This document shows, piece after piece, positions 10,972-24,713 of a stretch of 64,000 bases of DNA. Numbering within the stretch: position 1 is the first letter of the stretch; each line of letters begins with the position of its first letter. The notes beneath the pieces were generated by a model, which worked only from the letters and a program-made list of their open reading frames with translations, had not been told where the DNA came from and did no database searches. The position numbers and the translations under genes were made by a program. This DNA is from Octopus sinensis. Lineage: Eukaryota. The stretch is taken from assembly GCF_006345805.1 (NCBI RefSeq), contig NC_043001.1, positions 54,064,001 to 54,128,000 of the forward strand, read 5' to 3'.

Positions 10972-12856
10972 TATTTTGTTATTTTTTATTTGCCCTGTCC
11001 GTGTGAGCTAACAGTCGTACTGGCTTTCATGGGAAACATGTATTTTCGTGGTTGAAACCTTTTGGATTAACTGGTGCTAGAGTGAGCAATATAGTGACCA
11101 CTCTCTTATATTTATTTTATAAATATATATATATATTTATTTATATATATGGATGCATGTATATTTATATATGCACGCAGAGTTGAGGCGGTCATATATT
11201 TAAATGTCGTGTTTTTATTTAACATGTAAGAGGTAAAATTTCAAAACAATAGCGACTGCATTTTTGTGATGTTGTCTTGAATAGTGGTGAAAATCCGGTA
11301 GTAGATTTCAGTCGCCACCGGAATTACTTCTACATTGAGATGTTATCGGTGCAAGTTCCTAAATTAAGCCACGTTCCATTGGATTTTTAGGACAGTCGCG
11401 AAAAAAACAAATGCAGGGTCTCCACTCGACATACTAGTATTGACAGCCAAATTTTTGTTAAGGCACACCCAGCCATCTTGAAAAAGTAGTAGGTTAGTTA
11501 ATGTGGCCGTGGGTATTCTTCGCCTTGGAAAATGAAGGGCAGCGCACGACTGAAATAACTTTGTTCATTGGTTTTCAAGATCGGAAATGTGTGTGAGCGA
11601 ATCACCAACTACCAGATCAAAATCAATTAATGATATGTACGCCCTCAGCAAAAGCTCCAAAGTGAAGCTTCTAAAAGCCTGGTCTGATCAAAACTGTTGT
11701 ACTCTGAAGCCGGTTTTATGTGTGTAAATGCTGGCTGACACTAAGTGACTGGAGATATTCATGATTATCTGTTACATTTCGTGTAGAAAGTTTCTCCTGA
11801 TAGAGATGGAAGCGGACTGAAATCTAATACTGATGGTCTAACAAGAAATGATGCATTATTTTGATCATTTTATCAGGGCTCAGAAATTCTTCATGCATCC
11901 CCGGGGGCCGTGATCAGGGAAAACAGATTCACGAATGACAAGACGGAAATGGGATAATGATATCAAGGACTTGCTGGGGAGAACCCTGATGCGAAAACTG
12001 ACAATATAATTCCCCAAGCCCTTGAGAGAATATTCATTCTTTCTTCCTATTGCATCAATGAAGGTAAATTGAAAACAAACAAAAAACCCACAAAATCACG
12101 TTTCTTACTCCATGGGTTTGAAGTGTAAATTCTACATTTATAGTAATTATAATAGATTATACGTTACTAGAAAATACTTATTTATGCTAGAAAGTAATTC
12201 TTTTGTCTGTTGCTTTGTTTAAGAATAATCTAAATGTCTTCTTACTAAGGATTGTGCTACCACTGGCATTTTCTACATTCGTTACATACATTCATCGCAT
12301 GCACACGACAACAGGGTGCGACGTATATACCTCCCAGATTCACTATTCTTAGTAAACTTTTCGATATCTAGCTCTTGGTGTGCGTCGGTTCATATCCAAG
12401 CTGGTAACTGAGAAATGACAGCAAAACTTTAACCATATGAACTTACTAAACTTCACCAGAGCCACTCAAATACGGGAGCTTTTTCTGCCACACTCAGTAT
12501 GAGCACTTACTCGTGCCTTTGGTGTGATCACATGTTGTTCATGTGAGTGCTGTGTTCTCTGTTGCCTGTGTTCTTTAGCAGTGTAAGCCTGCAGTCATTA
12601 TTATCGCAATTTATCTGATTTTAATGCGCTCGGAACATTTTTTATCAGGACGAAAATAGCTTGATATATAAATGGCATGACTGCTGTTTCCGTCAGATAC
12701 ATTATAGATTAAATTAGCCCCCAGAATATTACTACTAATTGCTAGGTCAATTCAAAAGGACCATCTAGGTCTTTTACAGCAAGCAATGACTAAAGAACCT
12801 CCGCCACATCTCCTTTTTAAGGAGCATTTCAACAAAGAAAATATGCATGTGCGCAT

Positions 12857-13246
12857 AGGCGCAGACTTAGCTGTGTAGTAAGAAGCTTATTTCTTATTCA
12901 CATGGTTTGGGATTCAGTTCCACTGCGTAACATCTTAGGCAAGTGACTTCTACTATAGCCTCAGGCCAACCAGACCCTTATTAGTCATTTGGTAGAATGA
13001 AACTGAAAGGAGCCAGTCGTGTGTGTGTTTGTGTGTCTTTGTGTTTATCCAACCCCACCACCGACTGAGAACCGGTGCTAGTGTGTTTCTGTCCCCGAAA
13101 CGTAGCGGTTTGGCAAAAGAAACCGACAGAATAAATATCGAGTTTTAAAAAAATAAATAATGGAGTCGATACATGCGACTAAAATTCCTGAAGAAGGTGC
13201 CCCGGCATGGCCACAGTCTAATGAATAAAACAAATAAAAGATAAAT
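12857..13246 (+). mobile_element. tRNA-derived octopus SINE (OR/OK-like), diverged
   Basis: tRNA-like head (ggcgcagacttagctgtgtagtaag...ggattcagttccactgcg), internal (TG)n and a catggccacagtctaatga tail. Family assignment from memory. Confidence 0.7.
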
Positions 13247-13781
13247 GATAGACGATATAGAATAATGTTGTCAGTGAAACACTAGTGGGGATGTTCACAG
13301 GTAGGATGTCATCGGTCAAAAGTCACTTGTCTCAAGGCCGATCTGAAATTAAACAAAATCAAAATTAACAACCCGGACGAGCTAAATTACGAAGCTTCGA
13401 CAACTTGGAAAATATAGCAAAGAAACAATATAATACAGATATCTCCTGTTAGCTGCATAAACATCTTTGCAGCGTTCACCCCTGTCATTCTGTTTATACT
13501 AACAAATAGAGTTGTGTATAATTATATCAAATTACTATATAATTGAGCTAAATTTAACACTGGCTGCAGATTGCCAGCCAAAAATTAATAATCAAAACAT
13601 CAGCGCATCAAACAGTTATCTTCTGAGAGTCATATTAATCCACTTGTAAACACCCATGCATAGATGTGTTGTTAAAATGTTCGCTATGAAATCATATGCT
13701 TCCATGTTCGATCCGACTACGCAGCACATCAGGCAAGTAGCTTCGTCAGTAGCAATGTGTATATATAAATAGTGGTTACGA

Positions 13782-13889
<108 letters not shown>

Positions 13890-13921
13890 ATCGAAATAAG
13901 CAACAAGGGTATCCAAGATAG

Positions 13922-14011
13922 TGTAGTACAATCGTTTCATGCTACTTCGTTTTATTAAACACTCTGTAAGTATTACATCAGTTTTAAAATGTCGAGCAAT
14001 CTTCAGCCACA
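13922..14011 (-). ncRNA. Type I hammerhead ribozyme candidate (left arm)
   Basis: tgtgg-CTGAAGA-t-tgct...agca-t-GAAA-cgattg-TA-ctaca. GUA triplet; U-U at the base of stem II. Confidence 0.6.
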
Positions 14012-14131
14012 TATAGAATTTTTTTTAATTAAACGGACAATGCACATTATTATACTTATTTCTTCTCTGTCTATATATCTACCCACTTTGTAATGTTGAC
14101 AAATGAAATAAGTGTATTAAGAAATTCCATA

Positions 14132-14219
14132 TGTGGCTGAAGATTGCTCGACATTTTAAAACTGATGTAATACTTACAGTGTTTGATAAAATCAAGTAGC
14201 ATGAAACGATTGCACTACA
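14132..14219 (+). ncRNA. Hammerhead-like motif (right arm), cleavage triplet GCA, probably inactive
   Basis: CTGAAGA 14137-14143, GAAA 14203-14206, gca 14212-14214 where the left arm has gta. Confidence 0.45.
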
Positions 14220-14350
14220 CTATCTTGGATATCCTTGTTGCTTATTTTGATTATAATCACCCCATTTGATTTATATGGATAATACCATACAAAATTCTGG
14301 TGCCTTTAACCTAAGTACAATATTCATCTGAATCTAAATTTTCCTGAACT

Positions 14351-14385
<35 letters not shown>

Positions 14386-14682
14386 TATGCGTGCTTGTGT
14401 GTTTATGTTTATATGTGTGGAAGTGTATATATATATATATATATATAACGTCGTACGTACACTTTGTTCTCTTATATTTCACTAAATTTTGAACGACTTT
14501 TTCAACCCTTTCACGCTTTGTTCTTGCTTTCTCCCCCCCCCCCCCCCGCTCTCTCTCTCTCTCTCACATTTCTTTGCCTTTCTTACTCACTTTTCACTTC
14601 ACTATATCCCTGTGTCTCTTTTTTTTTTCTCGGCACTCCTTGATTCTTCTGTCTATCTGCTTCTCCAACACTCTCTCGCTTC

Positions 14683-14716
<34 letters not shown>

Positions 14717-14926
14717 TCTCCCCTCCTTAATTCCTTTGTTCCTCTTTTCTCTCTCTTCTCTTCTCACGTGACCGATTGGCCGACTGCTAGGCCTTTTGCG
14801 TTTGACTGTGGTCACTGCCACATCGATATTCTTACCTCTGCCGTAAGTTTTCATTCTCACACACGCGAGCTGAATTCAATTCGTCCCCAGTCGAAGGACG
14901 CCTGTTCTTATGTCCTGATATTATTA

Positions 14927-15000
<74 letters not shown>

Positions 15001-15893
15001 TATTTTTATTGTATTTTTGTATTTATATTCGTGTAACATCGTCTTCTTTTTCGTCCTTGTTTTCGTATACATTTGATGCAAAGGGATCTAATGCTCTTAG
15101 CTTAGTTTTTCCTTGGGTCTGGCCACATTGGAGCAATCTCAAGATTAATCAGCCGAAATTGCGAGGATGATCCGGTTCTTGTCTGAGGATAAAAGGCTTC
15201 GAATGACCCGTCCTTGTTTTTTTGTATCGTCTATCTAGGTGTTTTGTTGTCCTTTTTGTAACACCTATTTGTTCGGATGTTTTGCGTTCATGTCCCATTT
15301 CGTATTTTATTTTATATATATATATATTGGATATGTGTGTGTGTCTAGTGTTGTTAACAACCAAAAAAGATTTTGATCGCGATCCGACTATATCATAAGA
15401 TCCTAAAAAGCGTTAGTTTAAAATGTAGTAAGACTACACATTTTGAACCAAGACGTGTTCCTCTACGAGATAGCAAGGGAATCCCATGTTATTACAATTA
15501 CAAATAGGAATGCAGCATGAATGCTGAAGAACACGTTCAATACTAAATCAAAACGGGTACGTTTAAAAACAACATCATAAACCTCAGAGCTTCAATGTTA
15601 AACTCAACGGACATAGGCAGCCAAGCATTAGTTCCTTTATAGGAAATCATTGTCAACACGCTAATCCATGTACGCGAGCAGGCACATATATGCACACACA
15701 ATTACATGTGTGTGTGCGTATATATATAAGATTGCAGTTAATTCATTCTCTCTTACCTGTTTGTGTCAGCCTTCCAATTGCTGTTTTTACTGAGATCTCC
15801 CTTTTTAGTAGAAGAAATAGCTATAACCCTTTGACTGCTATTTCTAAATTCGGTATGTGGTAAGGCAATTCGTTGCTAAACCCTTATTGCTTA

Positions 15894-15968
<75 letters not shown>

Positions 15969-16560
15969 AAGAGACATATGGAGAGATAGATAGAAAGTCA
16001 GCTAGCTAGCTAGATACATCCAAACATACAGACAGATATACTACTATATATATATATATCTGTCAATAATTGCCATTATTAACACTACCTGTCAGCATCA
16101 AATATAGGCAGAGGACGTACAAAATCTAGGAATAATTGTTTGATCATAAATTTCATGTTTCGGGGTAAACTACAGATGGTCTGGATCTTGTGATCTTTTC
16201 AGACAAACAAGATAAGACAGAGAATTGCTTTACAAGCCAGCATTCATCATTAGACGGTAATGATTTTAGAAGCAGAAAATCTGCTACCGAAAGATTGGGG
16301 CTTTTATCATTTGCATAATAACTAAAATTGATCCGAGGAATATATAGCTTAATTTGGTCAATAGCATGCATTTAACTAAACAAGTTATGTAGTGTTATAC
16401 TGAGTGACGTAGTTATCCGAAATGAACAGAAATTTGCATGATTGGTAAAGAAAGAAAACATTTGGCTTTTTAGTTGTAATGTATACAACCACCGCAAATT
16501 TTGGATACCTTACAGTTTGGTGTTATCCACCAACCAACCATACACCTATTTAGATATAAT

Positions 16561-16630
<70 letters not shown>

Positions 16631-17679
16631 CAGTAGCAGCAGCAGGTCTTATTCTTCATTTTGTTTTTGTTTTTGTTATTGTTATTGTACTTAATTTGAA
16701 ATAGTAAAATTCGCTTTGATACCGTCTTTATTGCTTGTGTCGATCTTATATCGTGTTATGGTATAACGGAAGCTCATGTAACCGTTGTTATTTTTGTATA
16801 TGTTATCTATAATACTTTAATGGAATCTATCGAAATGCAAACGATACACATTATCCAATAGTAACCAGTCATAACACACCATCAAAATAGTTAAGGTCTA
16901 CATATGGTACAGGTTTTTTATGTCATTCCGTGACTTACGTATCTCATATAAAGAACGGAAGGCAAAGTTTACCGCAGAGTGATTTTAACTCAGTGTGTAG
17001 AGAGCCGGGAGAAACGCTGCAAAGCATTCAATTGGATGTTCTAACGTCTCTGCTAATTCGTTGCTGTTTTGCACATATATCTAGTTCAACTATACAGGAA
17101 TAGGTGCCACTGAATGAAGGATCCACTGAGTGTAGGAGCCACTGTGTGACAGACTAAACGGTTTCTCAACCTGCCAGGAAAGAAACTGCTCTTGTATTTA
17201 TTTTATCGACCCCGAATTGATGAAAAGCAACGTCGACCTCAGTGGAATTTTGAACTTCGTCTTCATGTTTTGAGTTCAAATTCCGACTCTGCTTTCCATC
17301 TTTCATCATTTCAAGAGTCGGTAATATAAGTCGATGTAATCGACTAACCTCTCTCCCGAAATTGCTGGCCTTGTATCAAAATTTAAGATTAGAAAGAAAT
17401 AATCTAACAGAGAATTTGGCTCTGAGTACACAGTAAATGTAAATATGTACAATATGCATTAAAAGCATATAATCATATATAAACATATGCTGGATTGTTT
17501 ACTACAAAGATATATGTGCATAGTACATATCCATGACATGGTTCACAAAAAGAAATCTATATATATATATATGAATTTCTGAACTTACAACTCATGGGCC
17601 AAGTTTAGCTTCACGAATGAAGGAAATCCCATAATCGTGTGTTCGTAGACAAAAACGTGTATTTTTGTATATGTGTATG

Positions 17680-17714
<35 letters not shown>

Positions 17715-18105
17715 ATATGTATGTATGTATAAAATTATATATATATATGTGTATATATGTGTATATATATATGTGTGTGTATATATGTGTATATATATAT
17801 ATATGTGGGGTGGGGGTGTTTGTATGTGTGTGTGTAAAGCACACTCGTCACATTTAGTGACAAATATGGTTTTCCTTTTGGGTGAAACATTGCAACCTGG
17901 TGTTCGCATTAATTTTATATATATATAATTATGTAGACTTACCTTGTATTCAATATTTATTTCCACGGTTATAACCCCATTTTCAAGAAAATGACGAATA
18001 ATAACTCCGAAATATTGAATACAAGTTAAGTCTACATAATTTACATATTGGTTTTCTTGTGATTTACTTCGCATTGTTTTGACTTTACCCACAATATTTT
18101 ATACA

Positions 18106-18161
<56 letters not shown>

Positions 18162-18904
18162 GCATACATACATACATCCATATAAACATGCATGCATGGA
18201 TACATGCATACATTCATGCATACATATATATGCATACGTGTGTATTTTAGTATGGAAGTGTGGTCTCCATGTGCATGTATATTTTGTATGGATGTATGTG
18301 TACATATATGAGTACGTATAAATTTGTAAATTTGAACGTGGATGATCGTTCTCACATAAGTCGATTAAAGAATGAATTAACTAAATCATGGTGAGAGGAT
18401 TTTCTTGCAAAATTCCAGCGATAATGCAGGAGAGATAACAGTTAACATTTCTTTATCAGTGATTTCCTTTGATTTGCATACTTATTAATGTAAAAATCCC
18501 GTACAGACGCGTGTAACATCATGTAACATGTAGGCATAAGTATTTACTAGTAAGCTGCAATTTGGCGTAGTGAAGAATACTCTCTCAAAGCATACCCGCA
18601 CTTAGTTTGCACGCTATATGCATATATATCTTGGAATGGCGATATGATTCATGTCTGATCCTGTACGAAAATGTGGTATTGATAAGCCAGGAAAATGAGG
18701 AAACATCGATGGGCATCACACCTGGGTTCCATTAGAAGTGAGTTATGTCGCCTATCCATGGCTTTCAGGTGTCTTAACACCTGACGTTTTGAGAAATTAT
18801 TCTCCACCTCACCATATTCGCTACCTACAGTCAAATATACCAGGCATATAGTTTAAGTGTATGTGGTTAATAGTACTTATAACACTAACACTGCTTCTAT
18901 TTCA

Positions 18905-19225
<321 letters not shown>

Positions 19226-19229
19226 ATGT

Positions 19230-20125
19230 ATGTATCGTCAGCTCTAGCTCGTATACGAAAATTGGGTTCTTCAGTTTCCATCCATTCTCCTCGGCAGATG
19301 TTTGTACCGAAAGTGACTTTGGAGTCCAGGTCGGTGATGAAAGAGTCGTGGGCAGAACTCGCACAGAATGGTCAGCGTAGGTCGAGGATGCTGAAGACGC
19401 TCCTTTCTTCTGCGTTTTGCATCATTCTATTTTCTAGTCTGCTCGAAGGAGCTGGTTCCACTTCGGATAGCAGTCCTCCAGGCTATCCTACCCATGGCAA
19501 TCTGTTCACATGAGGATGGCTGGATGTTGGCTTGAGCCAAGGTCCGCTTAAGATTGTCTTTAAATCAGAATTTCGGACCCCCTCTGGGTCTTGTTCCGAT
19601 TGCAAGTTCTCCGTAGTGCATGATCTATGGGAGACAAGAGAACTTCATACGCTAGACGTGACCTGTCCAGCGGAGACGATGGCGGAGAATGGTGGCTTCG
19701 ACACTTGGTAGTGAGGCGCAGCGAAGAACCTCGTTGTTGGTAACGTTGTTGATAATCTTTCCATTGTATGTTGAGGATCTGTCTTAGCTTCGACTGCTGG
19801 AAGCCTTCAAGGCACTTGAAGTCACAGCGGTACAACGTCCAAGTCTCACAAGCGTAGAGTTGACAGGACAATAGCATTGAAGACCATAATCTTTGTCCAG
19901 ATGGTCAGCGCGTGATTGAAGAATACACGACGGTTGAGTCTGCCGAAGGCAGAGTGATCCGCCCCATTCTGGTTCTCCTCGTCCTTTACACATGTGGGGG
20001 TGTCTTCGAAAGGATATTCCAAAGTATGGCCGTTGATGCTAATGTTTGTGGGTGGACAGCTCTTGCCTGGTGCAGGTTGGATCATTGTATTGGTCTTTAA
20101 TGTGTTTACCTGCATCCCGAAAACT
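19230..20125 (-). mobile_element. 5'-truncated RTE-clade LINE remnant (frameshifted RT C-terminus and terminal C2H2 finger)
   Basis: HSAFGRLNRRVFFNHALTIWTKIMVFNAIVLSTL; LYACETWTLYR...QSKLRQILNIQWKD; C-terminal [23 protein letters not shown] with stop at 19271-19273. Confidence 0.85.
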
Positions 20126-22947
20126 ATGTATATGTTGTATTCATAAACAACCAATATATAAAACTTATAAATACGGACTCAAATTTTTGTAGGAAATTCT
20201 AATTAATTTTTTATCAAAGACGACTGCCTGTTCTTTCGGATGATATTTGTAATGTGCTTCCTTCTATTGCGTAGTAAATAAATTAAATTCCCCGTACTGT
20301 GTTTTTCATACTGTGTTTTTACAATATCTGTTTTGAGGCATATTTAACATCAATGTCTTTGATATTAAATTGTGAGAGAGAAAGAAAGACAAAAATTATA
20401 AAGGTTATAGCTATATGATTTTATTTATACTTTCTCAATAGTTTTTAATATTTTACTATATATCCATAGCTGGAAGTTCTCCTTTATACTACAGAATGAT
20501 ATAGTCTCTAAAAAATAAGGACTGGTTTTAAGTTGTTCGACTAAACTCTTCGAAGTCTTATGACTCAAACTACCAAAAGATATAATTTAGTCTCACATTT
20601 TTTTTTATTTTCACCATACTGAGGCACCTATGTCTAGTGTGTAGTGTCTGTTACATCACATCATCTACCTAGTTTATCGACGCGTACTTCGTTCTCGAAG
20701 GCATGAATTGCACTTTGATGAGAGATTAACTGAAGAAATATCAAATTTACTTTAATCAACGTTCTATCAGTTTCCCCATCTACTAAATATTAACGGTTCC
20801 CATGAACTTGAGATTACCTCTCCACACACAAGTAAGTCCTCATCACATTTGAACATCCACTCTACAATATTTGCTTATTATTCTACAAACATTAGCCATC
20901 CTTCTAAATCTATTTCGTTTTTTCATCGAGGAATTCCTTATTTCGTCGTCTAATTTCAGTATGATTTCTGAACATAGAACATAGTTTCTAATGCCTACTC
21001 TCGACAGAAGTAAGACCGTTCTAAATTTATTTATACAGGTGTGTGAAGGCCTCCAAACCTTCTACGCGTTTCTAGACTGGAGGGAATAGAATTCAATGGG
21101 TATCTTGGGCTAAATTATAACGTTGATATTGGATACACATATTAGAGCAGAATACAGATTATTAGATCATTGTGAATCCTAATTTTCAGAACCAGTACTG
21201 CACTGCATAAATGACCAAAGAAATTCATTTCTATTTGTATTCAGAGGTAAAGAGTAATTATGTGTAGGTATAAATAATTATGTAATAAGTCAGTGCACTG
21301 TATATCTAAAAAGTATTTCAATAGCTTATTATATTTAGTTTTCAACTGGTGGTCTCGAAAACACAAAGAGTAATATCGGTCAAGTTTCTAGCCTCTCGAC
21401 TAATACCTAAATATCTTCGATCAACAGTTTTATATTAGCGCTGTGTTTTGTTCATAGATAGATATGAAAATGTTCAATAGATTTTTATGCACAAAGCAGT
21501 TCACAAAATATATAATTTATGCGTTTGTATATCATTCACCTGGAATTACTCTCTAGTATGCATTGAGTTCTCTTTGCATTACGCAGCTAAGCGTACTTAA
21601 TTTCTTCTTGCGATTTGATGTCGACTGGATTTTTATGACAGCTTTAAAGAAAATACTAGATACCCTTGTATGATGTTTAAAGCTTTATTCATTGCTCCTC
21701 TCGAACGATTCTCTCCGCACAGGTATGCGATGTCTTAGAGTTATTTTTACAATGGATAGCCATTCGAAAAGACATGTTCCAGCTAAATGACTCTGTTTTG
21801 AGAAGTATCTGAATAATGTAGGTTGCAAGAAAATGAAGGAAAACAACTTTAAAGATTAACCTTAAAAGGGGTTAACGTTGGCAAATAACAGTTTCTGAGA
21901 TAAATTCGATTATTGAAAGCCCACCATATTAAGCATGATGCGAAACCGTTTGTAAAACAGTGGAATAGAAGGAGAATAAACCTGCTAAGTAATGGAAGGT
22001 TTTAAAGTAATGGTGAGAACGAAAGTGATAATATCTCTGAAAATAATTGTGAGATAAAGAAGACACGGAAACAAACAGGATGAAAGGAAAGAATGGCTGA
22101 AGATTCAAAGATTAAATAAAATATGAGCATACGAATGTAGAAATTTTTAAAGGAAGAGAAGACATGATCGAAACATTAATCTAAGGCAAAAAAATACTTC
22201 AATAAAGGCCATATTGAAAATGGAAAGATGAAAATAAAGACACAATGAATTAATGAAAAAAGAGAAAATAATGCAAAGACTAAATACAAAATAAATGACT
22301 GAATCAATAAAGAAAAAAGACATATTTGTAAATATAATAAAAAAGAATGAAATAGTGTAAAACAAAACGCGATAGATCATCAAATAAATCTTCAAGGAAA
22401 GTAATATAGTTTATAATCGAGTAAAGGAATAGGAAAGATACAAACTTTCATGATTAATTAAAGATAGATTTGAGTTTAGGGGAAGTTGAGATAGTAAAGT
22501 GAAAGTAGGTTGAGTAGGAAAATAAAAATGTTTAGTTTGTATATTATTCAACAGTGAAAGGAGATGATTACATAACATTCGAAAGTGATAGTTCCATCGT
22601 TATTGTATGAATTTGCCCGTGTGTGTATTATGTGTGCGTATGTGTGTGTGTGCGCGTGCGTATGTCTGTATATGAATGTTTATGTTAATATATGTACATA
22701 CTATACGTACATACTTTCCACAAAGATACATTACTACACACACGAAAAACACACACACATACATAGTAAATATAAATAGGTAGTTAGATAGATAGATTGA
22801 TTGATAGATAGATAGATACATACATACATATATACACACACACACACATGTATATATATACATATATATATATACATATATATATATACATATATATATA
22901 CATATATGTATATACATATATATATGTATATACATATATACATATAC

Positions 22948-22981
<34 letters not shown>

Positions 22982-23641
22982 TCATATATATATACATATA
23001 TACATATATACATATATATATATACACACACACATATATATATATATATATAAGTATATATATATTGTGACAACCAGTACTTAACACAACAAAGCTTTAC
23101 ATTTTTACTTTTGACAATCTTTTTTCGGAAAAAAAGTGAAACCGGTCAAGTATATAAACATCTTTGAAATTGCATTTCAAACCAAAGAATTAATTTAAGC
23201 CACTTTGAGTTACTTAAAACAAGCTTCTTTCGCTAGAGTTTTCCGAGATCATAGAGGGGAACAGGTACAGCTGAAAAACATTAATGTTAGTTCCAAGTTT
23301 TAAGGAGACATTGCTCCCTTTATGAGTTTGATAAATAGCTGTTGATTTCCTTTGCTGTTAACTTTTTTTCCTGCCATCATATAAGGGTATCCATCCACTC
23401 GCCATACACCTGAGTAAAACCGTGGATTGGTGTTATCAGTTCAGTCACCGAAGATCCAACAACGAAATAAGTAGTAAAGGGTTATATGATTACTGGTAGA
23501 TCATCTCATTATCTGATCATATACTGACATATAGCTACATGCAAACACTTAATTGCACGAGCACACATTAAGTTGTTCAAATTGTAGTATGTGTATATAT
23601 ATATGTGTGTGTGTGTATCCAGATACGAAGAGGAGAACAGG

Positions 23642-24176
23642 ACAAAGAAAAATTCTTTAAGACATCTTCGATGATTCCTCACGATTGTTTTTGTACTAAC
23701 TGTACATGCAACGCCACTTTACGCAAGGTTTCAAAGTAAAATTTTACGTAATGTTTGCGGTTTTAGACATTAGAGTAGCACTTCACCATACTTGCATCAA
23801 AGGTGTGCTGTCACCTTGTGCGTCTTCCAGGCTTTGTTGTTTTTTTTTGTTTGGTTTAAAAGGTGGTGGGGGGGTAAAAATGAAAAAGTGTTTATGGGAT
23901 GTGTAAGTAGGATAGAGATTATGTAGGCCGAGGAATCATATTTATTTTTTCTTACCCACTAATATAAACCAAACAAACATGGTTTGGAAGATGTACAGTG
24001 TAACACCACGCCTTTGATGCAAGTCTGGTGAAGTTTCCTCTGTAATGTCTAAAACTGCAAACATTATGCAAATTTTTACTTTCAAACATTGCGCAAAATG
24101 GCGTTGCAAGTAGAATTGGTACAGACACAATTATAACGAATCATTAAATATGTGTTAAAGAATTTTCTTTGTCTTC
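23642..24176. repeat. Diverged inverted repeat (~240-bp arms, short spacer), MITE/foldback-like
   Basis: gcaacgccacttttacgcaaggtttcaaagtaaaatt...gttttagacatt matches the reverse complement of 24040-24110. The ORFs at 23706+ and 23942- translate to similar peptides. Confidence 0.8.
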
Positions 24177-24431
24177 TCATTATTATTTAGAATGTTTACT
24201 CTTGGTAAGGTCATTTAACTTGGTGATAGTCATGAAAGTTGGCTTACCTACACTTAAAGAATCCCGGCATTGGCCTGGAATACCCCAGTATTGATACACT
24301 GGTTTCCCCAGTGTTCCCAGTTGATACCTAATATGCAACTTGAATGCTTCTCTGGAAACACCCTTACTCTCTCTCTCTTTCTCTCTCTCTCTCCATATAT
24401 ATATATGTATATCTATATCTATCTATATATA

Positions 24432-24464
<33 letters not shown>

Positions 24465-24465
24465 C

Positions 24466-24496
<31 letters not shown>

Positions 24497-24497
24497 T

Positions 24498-24713
24498 AAT
24501 GAAAGAATGGAGTCGAACGACGATTTAACAAAATTTCTTTATTCTCGACATATGTTTCGAAGACTGCATATTCTTAATTCCGAAGGAATAAAGAGTGCAT
24601 TATGCCGTCTTCTCATCAGGAAAGACGGCATAATTAATAATATGCAGTCTTCGAAACATATGTCGAGAATAAAGGAATTTTGTTAAATCGTTGTTCGACT
24701 CCATTCTTTCATT
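24498..24713. mobile_element. Near-perfect hairpin element built from an HHR-bearing repeat
   Basis: 75-bp arms 24498-24572 / 24639-24713, plus inner attatgccgtctt/aagacggcataat. Confidence 0.92.
24543..24623 (-). ncRNA. Type I hammerhead ribozyme
   Basis: tttc-CTGATGA-gaagac(g gcata...tatgc a)gtcttc-GAAA-catatg-TC-gaga. Palindromic stem III ACATATGT; cleavage between 24547 and 24546. Confidence 0.8.

Larger units (their letters stand above)
7821..11118. repeat. Tandem array of ~532-bp near-identical units: ~4.7 forward copies (7821-10312) then ~1.5 inverted copies (10328-11118); each unit carries a hammerhead ribozyme
   Basis: Landmark taataagggtgagag recurs with its first g at 7834, 8366, 8897, 9430 and 9960 (period 530-533). 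Sequence after ~10328 is the reverse complement of the unit. Both ends abut (TA)n. Confidence 0.97.

Noticed and set aside
7821-11118. CRISPR-like or coding interpretation of the array
   Set aside because: Units are near-identical with no unique spacers; the only ORF is 64 aa and exists only through a 1-nt deletion in unit 2.
11877-12063. Candidate exon (ttttatcag acceptor, aag|gtaaat donor)
   Set aside because: Stops in all three frames and no recognisable homology.
12857-12950. tRNA gene
   Set aside because: The tRNA-like sequence is a SINE head and has no complete cloverleaf.
15170-15215. CTGAGGA...GAA...GTC hammerhead-like string
   Set aside because: No stem I complementarity and GAAA is broken.
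20700-21100. Possible ancient CR1/Jockey RT remnant
   Set aside because: Only faint resemblance; needs a profile search.
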